A stretch of 64,000 nucleotides of DNA from Marsupella aquatica (GCA_973895155.1 OZ316895.1:8296184-8360183), one strand, 5' to 3'; shown: positions 25,080 through 37,069, counted from the first letter of the stretch. Made by a program: numbers and translations. Notes: generated by a model not told the origin, from the sequence alone.

Positions 25080-28000
25080 ATGACTAGATTTGGAGAAGTG
25101 AAGTTTGAGGTGGAGAAGTACGATGGTCGTACTGATTACTTGCTCTGGGAGAAGCAAGTGAAGGGTGTTCTACGGGCCATGGGCTTAGCTCATCTGCTTT
25201 CATCGCGAGAGCAGTATGATGGAGAGGAGGAGATTTCAATGAGGCAGTGGAGACGGGAGCAGGTGATTGCTGTCAATGCAGTGATGCTATATCTCAAGCC
25301 ACACATCATCAAGCAGCTGGATGATTATGCGGATTGCGCGTCACTGTTCAAGGCTCTAAGAGAGAAGTACTACCGGGAAGATGCGTCAGACCGGCTATAC
25401 AAGAAGTCTCTTTTGATGAGCCTCAGGCTCAAGGAAGGGAGCAAGATGTAGGATCACTTGGATGAATTTGACAGTCTAGCGGTGGATTTGTCAAACCTGG
25501 GAAATGGAGTTGAAGATGAGGATAAGGCCTTGCTTCTGCTAAGCTCCTTACCGCCATCATATCAGGGCTTGAAATAGGTGCTCTTGTACAGAGATCTGAA
25601 GTCCATTTCGTATAATGAGGTGGTGAGCTCATTACTGTCTAATGATGCTCAGAAGAAGCTGGGTCAATCACAAACAGCATCTTCTTCTGGTACTGCGCTC
25701 AATGTGAATAGGGGAAGAGCAGCGCAGTGCACGAATGGGCAGAACAGGTTTAGATTTACATCACGGGGGAGATCTAAATCCAGAGGAAAATTGCAAGAGA
25801 GGAAGCCTCTTGCATGTTGGAATTGTGGCAAGCCTGGCCACATGAAAAGGGATTGTCAAGTAAAGGTCCCTATTGCCTCTGCTAACGCGGCATCGAGCTC
25901 GCATGAGGTAGATATACTTGATGATGATGACATATTGTGATGTCAAGGTTATACTCTCAACGTAGTGTCAAATCCAGGTAGTGATGACTGGATTCTAGAT
26001 AGTGCATGTACTTTTCACATTTGCTCTAGGAGAGATTTTTTCAGTTCTTACACGGTTTCCAACGGGTCAATGTTGATGGGAAATGGAATCCCATGTCAAG
26101 TTGTTGGACTTGGATCTGTAAGATTTCAGATGTTTGATGGTGCTATAAGAACGTTGAGGAATGTGAGACATATTCCCAACATGATGAAAAATCTCATTTC
26201 ACTTGGAGTTTTAGAGGCAAATGGCCATCAGTGGAGTTCTGCTAATGGTGTCCTTCAGGTTTCAACTGGTACTAAAGTTGTATTGAAGGGAAGGAGACAT
26301 AGCAATCTATACGTTATGGAGGGCAGTGTAGTTTGTGATGAAGCCAATGTAACCTTATCTCATGAGGAGACGGCCCGGCTGTGGCACTTCTGTTTGGGCC
26401 ACATGAGTGAAAAAGGTTTGGTTATTCTTCAGAAAAAGGATTACTTTCTAATTTGCAATCTTGTAAGTTGGAATTTTGTGAGCACTGTGTGCTAGGAAAG
26501 TAGCACAGGAAACCCTTCGGAGTTGGAACTCACACCAGCAAGGAGGTACTTGAGTATGTACATAGTGATGTGTGGGGTCCAGCCCCTACTCCCTCACATT
26601 CTGGAAGGTTATACTATGTCACATTCATAGACGATTACTCAAGGTATGTGTGGATATACTTTCTACACAATAAGTCTGATATTTTTGCCACTTTTAAGGA
26701 GTGGAAAACCCAAGTTGATAATCAGACTGGTAATAAGGTGAGATATCTTCGATCGGATAACGGCGGTGAATACAGTTCCGGGAAATTTGGAATGTATTGT
26801 AAGGAGCAGGAAATTACCCGCCATCTCACAACAAGTTATACTCCTCAGCAGAATGGTGTTTCTGAGAGACTCAACCGAACACTATTGGACCGCTCGAGGA
26901 GTATGTTGAGTCAATCATGCTTACCACATGAGTTTTGGGCTGAAGCTGTCAACACTGCAGCTTATTTGGTAATTTTTTCTCCATCCAGTTCTATTGGATT
27001 CAAGACGCCATTTGAAATGAGGTCCAACAGATTACTCACATCTGAGGATTTTTGGATGTGATGCTTATGTGCTTACACCTTCTCAGCTTCGATCCAAGCT
27101 GGAGTCCAAGTCAAAGAAATGCATTTTCTTTGGTTATCAGAAAGGTGTGAAGGGTTATAGGTTATGGGATCCAGTAACCTGTAAGCTAATTGTCAGTAGA
27201 GATGTGTCCTTTAATGAATCCAGATCATCAAAGGAGGGGGAGAGTTCTCAAGACTCCCATACTGACAAGGGGAAATCTCCCATCCCGGACGGGGTTGAGG
27301 GGGAGATTAGTCATGATGCAGTTCATGACAGGAGAGATGGAGAAGCTCCGGGCTTGGAGCTGGTTCCTGTGATGGAACAAGAGGAGCAGATTGTTGCTGG
27401 GGTACCTCAAATTCAACCAGCAGCAGCAGCAGATCAGCCTGAGTCATCTACTAGAAGAACTTCCAGTCGTTCTACTAGAGCTCCTACCAGGTATGGTCAA
27501 TGGGCTGACTCATCTAAGCTAGATGATATTGACATTGCACCTGATGAAGATAGGCTTTCTCTCCTACGGATGCTGTAGAGAAAGGTCTGATGACTAAGAT
27601 TCCTTATGAGAAGGCAGTAGGCAGTCTGATGTATTTGATGACTTGTATTAGGCCTGACTTGGCCCTAGCGATGGGCAAGATTAGCAGATTCATGTCAAAT
27701 CCAGGGAAGGTACATTGGGAAACTGTGAAGTGGATTCTCAGGTATCTGAAGGGAACAGAGGACTATGGATTACTATTTGATAACAGATCAGATAGAACGT
27801 TAGTTGGCTATGTAGATTCTGACTATGGAGGCTGTCTGGATACAAGGAGATCTACAACTGGGTTTGTATACACTCTTGGAGGAGGATGTATCAGTTGGAA
27901 ATCTACCTTACAGAAGTGCATATCTCAGTTTACTACAAAAGCAGAGTATGTTGCAACAGCAGAAGCTGCAAAGGAAGCAATTTGGTTGGATAAGTTGATC

Positions 28001-28264
28001 GCGGAGATGGGTTTAGAGCATGGAAAAATGACTCTAAACTGTGATAGTTAGAGTGCTCTTCACTTGGCTGCTAACCAGGTGATGGATAGCAAGGTGAAGC
28101 ACATTGATATCAGGTACCATTTTATCAGGCAAGCAGTGTCTGATAAAACTTTTGAGCTAGTCAAGATTGATGGAAAGCTCAATCCCGCTAATGCCTTTAC
28201 CAAAGTGATTCCTTTGGAAAGTTTCTCAAGACACCGTGCTACTTTGCAGGTTTTGCAGTTGTAG
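25080..28264 (+). pseudogene. Disrupted gag-pol of Copia copy A
   Basis: KFEVEKYDG, CWNCGKPGHMKRDC, WILDSACTFH, YYVTFIDDYSR, LRSDNGGEY, PQQNGVSER, GYVDSDYGG, KHIDIRYHFIR. Several stops and frameshifts, plus an ~880-bp RT deletion near 27550. Confidence 0.93.
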
Positions 28265-28471
28265 TGCAAGTAGAGTTATTTAGCAATGTGTGACTATTTG
28301 TATATGGATTACTCATTCCTGTATGGCTACGGCTTAGTTCTAGTTAACCCTTAGTTAACCCGTGTGGTTTTTAGGGGGAGACCTAGTTTGGTGATTGTCT
28401 AGAACTTCCCGCTGAGGATTCCATATGGTTGCATTTAGTCCAGTCTCCAAGACAAGAGTCAAGGGGGAGTT

Positions 28472-28815
28472 TGTTAGATATTGCTCTAGTCTTGTGACTC
28501 ATGAGCTAACCACAGTTAGTCTAACTCGGGTTAGGACTTAGCTAATGTTAGCGGTAGTGCTGTTGTGTATATAGCCAAGGCTGATGCCAGACCCTGGTGG
28601 AACTTAGGCTCATTGTTACGGAGCTAGTTGAGAGATAGGGAGAGCTTGTGCTGTGGATGCTTGGTATGGTCGGTCGGCCTAGAGTGCAGTAAAGCTCTTG
28701 TGTGTTCCCGTGGACGTAGCCTCATGTGGAGGTGAACCACGTATCTCTCTGTGTCGACTATTGTGCGTTGGATGGTTCATGGGCTTGCTGTTACGAATGT
28801 CGTCTATGCTCAACA
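28472..28815 (+). repeat. 3' LTR of Copia copy A
   Basis: Matches the 5' LTR with about six transition differences counted by eye. Confidence 0.96.
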
Positions 28816-29156
28816 ACTGACTCTCGACAATTGAGCCAATTTGGAACTTGTGTAAAGTTCAAAATCCCTCACATTAGAAAATTATAATATTTCTAGGGAT
28901 TCGTCCATGGTGAATTTGGGATGGCCCAAAGTGCTTTTCAGACTTCCAAAAACCAATCTCACTAGAAGCTTATTGAGCGAGATAGTATCATACTGCTCAG
29001 GGCTTCATTGATGTTTTCTTTGTTTCCAAGGAGCCATTTATTGCTAGAAAAAAGTGCAATGCAGCCGCAATGCAAGACAACACAGAAAAGTCAAGGACAA
29101 AAATTACAAATAACTCATCAAAAACTTGAACATCATTCATGGAAAGCCAAACCTAT

Positions 29157-30110
29157 TCAATTACTCTGTCTACGTGCTACCTTCGTTGCAAAGAACCGAA
29201 TGGAGTCAGAAATTCCACCAATTGCATTTGCCATCACATCAGTCATCTTAGATTGCTGGTCTAAAATCTTAGATTGCTGGTCTAAAATGTCTTGATGCTT
29301 TTTTAAATCCAATGCTATAACACTATTGTGCCTGTCCTTCTCCCAGTTTCTATTTGTTTCCTCCAGTCTACTTTTGCGCTCCGAGTCTTTTCCCAAAAAT
29401 TCCAACAAGTTAGCACTTGTCTTTTTGAATTGGTCGTCGAGTCTGTCTCTTCGACTTTTCTTGATGCCTCTGTCCTCAAGTCCTACAGGTGGTGTTCGAC
29501 GTTGTGCTGCATCAGCTCCTGTAGAGGAGGGTTCCATTCGAACAGGTGGAGGAGAATCGACCTCCATGTCGTTCCCCAAAATTTCGCTGGCTGGTCCTTC
29601 AGGGGTCTGCTCGCTCTCAATGTGAGCCTCCTCCTGCACATTTCCAGTATCCACCACCTGATTTGGCGATGGATTAATGGCTCTCTGAGTCCCCATCCAA
29701 GGTTCCATACTCTCGAATAGCTCATGAGCAAAATCCACGGGAAGCTTCCTGGTCTTCCTTTCCTCACTCGCCATCTCGTAGTAGCTTGGCTGTCCGCTAC
29801 CGACATGATTCTGATAATCATAAACCTTTTTAAAATCTGTAACCAATTTCTCCCATCGTTTCTTTATGTGCATAGAAACTCGTAAGACCCCATCTCTAGC
29901 AAGGGCGGATTGGATATCTCTCCATTTCTGATCAACAGTTCTTATCCTTTCCCTGGAGCTGTTGTTCAAAGAAAATTCATGCTCTAATTGCTTGGCAGCA
30001 ATGAGCAGACATAGCTCATGCATTTTCCACTACCTCCCGGAGAATTGCTCTGGAAGACAGACAACATTGACATTTGCAGGTGCATTGTGCGCCTCCTCAA
30101 TTCCAGCCAT
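29157..30110 (-). pseudogene. Harbinger Myb/SANT (trihelix-like) DNA-binding protein with one premature stop
   Basis: WKMHELCLLIAAK...KWRDIQ...KKRWEKLVTDFKKVYDYQ...SYYEMASEERKTRKLP, followed by a coiled-coil tail. An in-frame upstream ATG at 30110 is separated from the 288-aa ORF by TAG at 30030-30032. Confidence 0.82.
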
Positions 30111-30501
30111 TGTGGTGCTGTGGTTTGTCAACTGTGTATCCATAATTCACTAAGTCACAGTAGAACCAGGCAAAAGCAAGGTGAACGCCTCGAGCAGAAT
30201 AGTAGCAAGATTTGGATAAAGGTGCTTGGTTGCAATCGAAGTGCAAGCAATATACTGGAAATTTACGTTGAAAATCCATGGCGGATTGTCTAGATTGGGC
30301 GCAAGTAGAAAAACTAGGCGCTACCGCCATGCCTTGAGTGGGACATCGATGTTTTCCAATGTCCATGCACACCCTCCGAACTATTTGTTGCCACCGGAGA
30401 TAACAAGTCATCACATTGGCTGCAACCTACTATCGCCAGTTCCCGGTCATCTTCAGGGCCCTCAAAGTAGGGCCTTCCACCCTGCATGTCGACTTGAGGA
30501 C

Positions 30502-30845
30502 TGTTAGATATTGCTCTAGTCTTGTGACTCTTGTGCTAACCACAGTTAGGCTAACTCGGGTTAGGACCTAGCTAAGGTTAGCGGTTGTGTTGTTGTGCAT
30601 ATAGCCAGGGCTGATGCCAGACCCTGGTGGAACTTAGGCTCATTGTTACGAAGCTAGTTGAGAGATAGGGAGAGCTTGTGCTGTGGATGCTTGGTATGGC
30701 CGGTCGGCCTAGAGTGCAGTAAAGCTCTTGTGTGTTCCCGTGGACGTAGCCTCATGTGGAGGTGAACCACGTATCTCTCTGTGTTGACTATTGTGCGTTG
30801 GATGGTTCATAGGCTTGCCATTGCAAATGTCGTCTATGCTCAACA
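30502..30845 (+). repeat. 5' LTR of Copia copy B
   Basis: 344 bp, homologous to the copy A LTRs. Confidence 0.95.
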
Positions 30846-32539
30846 AGTGGTATCAGAGCATGCCTGGGAGGTGACGAGGTTTTTTCGTGACAGGTTTTTC
30901 CAGCGTTCATTGTCGATGGTACATTCAGAGTTTCGTCGCATGAAACTCGATTGTGTGTGGCTGAGCGGATAGGTTAGTGAGAGGGCATTCTAATGGTGGT
31001 TAGAGCTCGCTGATCGGTATCCGTGGTGCGGAGGAATTGAAGCTTGCGTCGTTCAGGGTTTATTCGTGTTCGATGGTATTTCGGGGGAGAAACCAGAGAT
31101 TGTTTCTTCAACGGTGTGAGCTGTGCGGTGTGCGGGGCGTCGCATGTGATAGTTCAAGTTGAAGGTTGGAGCGTGCTGGTCATTTTGGTATCTAGTTTGC
31201 TGACATTTGTGGAACGAGTGCGTCGTGACGAGTGAAGGAGGCGTTCTGGTTTTTTGACAAGCTATGGTGCTTGTTTTTCCCTGAACCGGATTACTCATCG
31301 TGACGCTTGACTCGGAGGAAGAAACGCGAAGTGTTGAGGCTCAACGGAGAGATCCTGGCGAGATGGTTGTTTTGAGTCTGGGATTGACACTTGACGAGGA
31401 GTGAAGGCGACGCAATAGAAGTTCTTTCTCTGGTGGAGCTTCAGACGTGCCGGTGCAATTCGGAAACATTTTCATGTCGGCGGTCATCACTTTTCTCATT
31501 GGAAACCAAAGCGGAGGCGGCTGAGGTTTGTAACACGGCCTTTGTGTCATTTTGGGCACATTTTTAAGGTTAGTTTAGGGCATTTTTTGCCCCAATACGG
31601 CCCCAATACCCGACAAACCAGGTTCGCCATATGCCCCGGCGCGCACACCGGCCTCCCACACCCGTTTAAGCATGAAAACGTGCTTTTTTGGGCCCAAATA
31701 CGGCCAAAAACGCCCATATACGGCCCAAAAACGCAAAAATACGCGCGTTTTGACCCCTTTAAACCCGTTTTTTGCTGTTTATACGCGATTCTGCCCGCGA
31801 ATACGCGCGCCTTTGCCAGGGGCTTTAAGACCCCTTTAGAGTGTGTTTTTCTGAATTTTTTTTTCTCTCCTCCTCCTCATTGGTTGTGCCTCATCCCGGG
31901 CCCTGTGACCCTCCGTTTTAACCGCTCCGACAGGGGGAATGGCCCCCTGTGAGCCCTGTTGGACTGTGCAGGAATATTCCCGAAAAACAGAGAGCTGTTT
32001 TTCGGCCGTCACACAAAGATTCCGTTCGCCGCACGGTAACTTTTTTGGTTCTTTTTTGGTGAGGACGTTGCCACTGGAGTTAGCAACGCGACGCACCGAT
32101 CACATCGCGATTCCGATGACAGGTTGTACTTGGTATTTCGGTTATTCTCCAAGGTGGTCAAAACGGGGGAGTTTCCCAAGGTTTTACCCACCTCGACCGA
32201 AATTTGAATAACTTTTCCGTCGAATTTTGATTTTGATTTCGGATTTCAGTATTGGACTCCTAGCTTCGTGGGCTACGCGGCGGTGTTGAGTTTTGAGTTT
32301 TATGAGAAGTTTCGAAAAAAGACATTTTTTCGTGATTGTTTCATATGAGTGACTCGGAGGATACTGGAAGAATTGGCGTCGGTGGAGCTTCAGGATTGTG
32401 ACGGTCAGACGGAGAGTTTGAGGAGGAGCTGCTACCGTTTGAGGAGGAATTTATAACACCGGTACGATCACCGGTGCGGCGTGCAGTGGAGGAAGTTGTG
32501 TTACTACCAGAGCTATCGGTAGTAGGGAAGAAGAGGGAG

Positions 32540-35500
32540 ATGGCTAGATTTGGAGGAGTGAAGTTTGAGGTGGAGAAGTACGATGGTCGTACTGATTACT
32601 TGCTCTGGGAGAAACAAGTGAAGGGTGTCCTACGGGCCATGGGCTTAGCTCATCTGCTTTCATCGCGAGAGCAGTATGATGGAGAGGAGGAGATTTCAGT
32701 GAGGCAATGGAGACAGGAGCAGGTGATTGTTGTCAATGCAGTGATGCTATATCTCAAGTCACACATCATCAAGCAGCTGGATGATTATGCGGATTGCGCG
32801 TCGCTGTTCAAGGCTCTAAGAGAGAAGTACTACCGGGAAGATGCGTCAGACCGGCTGTACAAGAAGTCTCTCTTGATGAGCCTCAGGCTCAAGGAAGGGA
32901 GCAAGATGCAGGATCACCTCGATGAGTTTGACAGTCTAGCGGTTGATCTGTCAAACCTGGGAAAAGGAGTTGAAGATGAGGATAAGGCCTTGCTTCTGTT
33001 AAGCTCCTTACCGCCGTCATATCAGGGCTTGAAGCAGGTGCTCTTGTACAGAGATCTGAAGTCCATTTCGTATAATGAGGTGGTAAGCTCTTTACTGTCT
33101 GATGATGCTAAGAAGAAGCTGGGTCAATCATAGACAACATCTTCTTCTGGCACTGCGCTCAATGTGAATAGGGGAAGAGCAACGCAGCGCACAAATGGGC
33201 AGAACAGGTTTAGATTTACATCACGGGGGAGATCTAAATCCAGAGGAAAATCGCAAGAGAGGAAGCCTCTTGCATGTTGGAATTGTGGCAAGCCAGGCCA
33301 CATGAAAAGGGATTGTCGAGTAAAGGTCCCTACTGCCTCTGCTAACGCAGCATCGAGCTCGCATGAGGTAGATTTACTCGATGATGATGACATATTGTGA
33401 TGTCAAGGTTATGCTCTCAACGTAGTGTCAAATGCAGGTAGTGATGACTGGATTCTAGATAGTGCATGTACTTTTCACATTTGCTCTAGAAGATATTGTT
33501 TCAGTTCTTACACGGTTTCCAACGGGTCAGTGTTGATGGGAAATGGAATCCCATGTCAAGTTGTTGGACTTGGATCTGTAAGATTTCAGATGTTTGATGG
33601 TGCTGTGAGAACATTGAGGAATGTGAGACATATTCCCAGCATGATGAAAAATCTCATTTCACTTGGGGTTTTAGAGGCAAATGGCCATCAGTGGAGTTCT
33701 GGTAATGGTGTCCTTCAGGTTTCAACTGGTATTAAAGTTGTATTGAAGGGAAGGAGACATAGCAATCTATACGTTATGGAGGGCAGTGTAGTCTATGATG
33801 AAGCCAATGTAACCTTATCTCATGAGGAGACGGCCCGGCTGTGGCACTTCCGTTTGGGCCAATGAGTGAAAAAGGTTTGGTTATTCTTCAGAAGAAAGGA
33901 TTACTTTCTAATTTGCAATCTTGTAAGTTGGAATTTTGTGAGCGCTGTGTGCTAGGGAAGCAGCACAAGAAACCCTTCGGAGTTGGAACTCACACCAGCA
34001 AGGAGGTACTTGAGTATATACATAGTGATGTGTGGGGTCCCGCCCCTACTCCCTCACATTCTGGACGGTTATACTATGTAACGTTCATTGACGATTACTC
34101 AAGGTATGTGTGGATATACTTTCTACACAATAAGTCTGATGTTTTTGCCACTTTTAAGGAGTGGAAAGCCCAAGTTAAAAATCAGACTGGTAATAAGGTG
34201 AGATATCTTCGATCGGATAACGGCGGTGAATACAGTTCCGGGAAATTTGGAATGTATTGTAAGGAGCAGGAAATTACCCGCCATCTCACAACAAGTTATA
34301 CTCCTCAGCAGAATGGTGTTTCTGAGAGACTCAACCGAACACTATTGGACCGCTCGAGGAGTATGTTGAGTCAATCATGCTTACCACATGAGTTTTGGGC
34401 TGAAGCTGTCAACACTGCAGCTTATTTGGTAATTTTTTCTCCATCCAGTTCTATTGGATTCAAGACGCCATTTGAAATGAGGTCCAACAGATTACTCACA
34501 TCTGAGGATTTTTGGATGTGATGCTTATGTGCTTACACCTTCCCAGCTTCGATCCAAGCTGGAGTCCAAGTCGAAGAAGTGCATTTTCTTTGGTTATCAG
34601 AAAGGTGTGAAGGGTTATAGGTTATGGGATCCAGTAACCTGTAAGCTAATTGTCAGTAGAGATGTGTCCTTTAATGAATCCAGATCATCAAAGGAGGGGG
34701 AGAGTTCTCAGGACTCCCATACTGACAAGGGGAAATCTCCCATCCCGGACGGGGTTGAGGGGGAGATTAGTCATGATGCAGTTCATGACAGGAGAGATGG
34801 AGAAGCTCCGGGCTTGGAGCTGGTTCCTGTGATGGAACAAGAGGAGCAGATTGTTGCTGGGGTACCTCAAATTCAACCAGCAGCAGCAACAGATCAGCCT
34901 GAGTCATCTACTAGAAGAACTTCCAGTCGTTCTACTAGAGCTCCTACCAGGTATGGTCAATGGGCAGACTCATCTAAGCTAGATGATATTGACATTGCAC
35001 TTGATGAAGATGATATGGCTTTGATCTTGGAAGAAGGAGAACCTTCTTCGTATAGTGAGGCTTGTGCTTCAGAGTAGAAGCATGAGTGGAATGCAGCAAT
35101 GTAGAGGGAGTTGCAATCTTTGAGTGACAACAAGACATGGGAGCTGGTGGAGCTTCCAAGAGGTCAACAAGTGGTGGACAACAAGTGGATTTACAAGTTG
35201 AAAGATAGTCCTTCAGAGGGTGGAGATAAGATCTACAAGGCAAGGCTTGTTGCCAAGGGGTTCACTCAGGAGAAAGGAGTGGATTACAATGAGGTCTTTT
35301 CACCAGTGGCTAAGTATTCCACAATTCAGATCTTGTGTCAGCTTGTTGTGTTTTTTAATCTGGTGATGGATCAGATGGATGTTGTCACTGCTTTTCTCTA
35401 TGGCAACTTGGAAGAGATGATCTTCATGAGACAGCCACTAGGCTTTATGAAGAAGGGCCAAGAGAACTTAGTTTGCAGATTGCTCAAATCCTTGTATGGA

Positions 35501-36122
35501 TTGAAGCAGTCTCCCAGACAGTGGAACAAGCGGTTTGATGATTTCATGCTTGCTCAAGGTTTTACAAGGATGGTGTATGATCCTTGTGTGTATACGAAAT
35601 CAGTCAAGAATGATGTATTTGGTTTCATCATTCTGGTGATCTATGTGGATGACATGCTAATTGTGGCTAAAGATCAATCTAAGGTTGACAGTCTCAAGGC
35701 GAAATTGAGAGCTGAATTCAGGATGAAGGATCTTGGTAAGGCCAAGAGGATCTTAGGGATGGAGATTTTTAGGAACTCTGAGACTGGACAGTTGTGCTTG
35801 AGTCAAGGCCAGTATGCGAGGAAAGTACTTGCACGATTCAACATGGAGAACTGTAAGCCAGTGAGTATTCCTTTAGCTTCACATTTCAAGTTATCATCGG
35901 CTTTCTCTCCTACGGATGTTGTGGAGAAAGGTCTGATGGCTAAGATTCCTTATGAGAAGGCAGTAGGCAGTCTGATGTATTTGATGACTTGTACTAGGCC
36001 TGACTTGGCACTAGCGATGGGCAAGGTTAGCAGATTCATGTCAAATCCAGGGAAGGTACATTGGGAAGCTGTGAAATGGATTCTCAGGTATGTGAAGGGA
36101 ACACAGGACTATGGATTACTAT
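32540..36122 (+). pseudogene. Disrupted gag-pol of Copia copy B
   Basis: gag, CCHC, protease DSAC, integrase, and RT motifs YKARLVAKGF, QMDVVTAF, SLYGLKQSPRQW, YVDDML. Contains stops and frameshifts; no RNase H. Confidence 0.93.
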
Positions 36123-36129
36123 GCGATGG

Positions 36130-36382
36130 TTGTGCATATAGCCAGGGCTGATGCCAGACCCTGGTGGAACTTAGGCTCATTGTTACGGAGCTAGTTGAAA
36201 GATAGGGAGAGCTTGTGCTGTGGATGCTTGGTATGGCCGGTCGGCCTAGAGTGCAGTAAAGCTCTTGTGTGTTCCCGTGGACGTAGCCTCATGTGGAGGT
36301 GAACCACGTATCTCTCTGTGTTGACTATTGTGCGTTGGATGGTTCATGGGCTTGCCGTTGCGAATGTCGTCTATGCTCAACA
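36130..36382 (+). repeat. 5'-truncated 3' LTR of Copia copy B
   Basis: ttgtgcatatagccagggc...atgctcaaca; lacks the first ~90 bp of the LTR. Confidence 0.92.
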
Positions 36383-36685
36383 AGGACCACCCTGAAATAT
36401 TAGAGAGTTCTCATTGGCTCCTGACTACTTGGACGTTTAAGGGTATTGCGATTCAGGGCTGATGGAACACAACTCTAAAGAGTGCCCTTCACAATACTCA
36501 CAACACTGGTTGTAACTCTGGGAACCTCAAGGCTACTTGCCCCTGCAGCGCAACATGAGTGAGGGCAGCCGGGACAAAGTAGCAGCGGCCCAGTTGCCTG
36601 CCAAGCACCCACAAGCATGCTGGAATCCAGGACTCCACAAGTTCAGTAGGTCGGGGAGAGTGAATGGAGACCGTGGGGAGGTAAT

Positions 36686-37069
36686 GTGTAGGGTAACCCA
36701 TCCCCAAGAGGAAGTAATAGGGCGTGTCAAAGTTCTCCAGTAACACTTTGGTTATGGCTTAATTTTTTTGAACGTACCACCCTTATGGGGTACGTATTTT
36801 GGTAACCCATAATGATTCTGTCCTGGCCATAAGTGCCTTTTATGTCCTGAACCGGAACTCAGGTACAACTATGCTTTGACACGCCCTAAGGGGATGAGCT
36901 CCCAAGGGAGCCAAGGGAGCTATATCCCCAAGTGAGGATGAGGTACCAAGCATAAATCCAAGTGAATTTTTGAAACATTCACCGCGCTTTAACTCTGCAA
37001 AGCTCTTTGTTTGTTTGTCACTGGTTGCCACTTGGGCCTTATCTATGTTCTCATTCGTAATTCCTGTCA
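36686..37069. repeat. Longest copy of the dispersed repeat family, also seen near 19.0-19.2 kb and 20.2-20.4 kb
   Basis: Contains, in sequence, the segments matching both other copies. Confidence 0.6.

Larger units (their letters stand above)
22819..28815 (+). mobile_element. Ty1/Copia LTR retrotransposon copy A (defective; most of RT deleted)
   Basis: 344-bp TG...CA LTRs at 22819-23162 and 28472-28815; TSD ACTGA at 22814-22818 and 28816-28820; PBS tggtatcagagc (tRNA-iMet); PPT aagggggagt at 28461-28470. Domain order gag-PR-IN-(RT remnant)-RNase H. Confidence 0.97.
30502..36382 (+). mobile_element. Ty1/Copia LTR retrotransposon copy B, same family as A (RNase H, PPT and start of the 3' LTR deleted)
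   Basis: 5' LTR 30502-30845; PBS tggtatcagagc; TSD AGGAC at 30497-30501 and 36383-36387. RT runs directly into the interior of the 3' LTR at about 36130. Confidence 0.96.
20458..36475. mobile_element. PIF/Harbinger DNA transposon (about 4.1 kb after removing two nested Copia insertions)
   Basis: Convergent DDE transposase and Myb/trihelix genes. Imperfect 21-bp TIRs share a perfect 15-bp core: TGTTCCATCAGCCCT (20464-20478) and AGGGCTGATGGAACA (36455-36469). Flanks are TTA (20455-20457) and TAA (36476-36478), so the TSD is not an identical pair. Confidence 0.8.

Noticed and set aside
22819-36382. Copies A and B as one tandem or segmental duplication
   Set aside because: Each has its own 5-bp TSD and unrelated flanks, so they are independent insertions.
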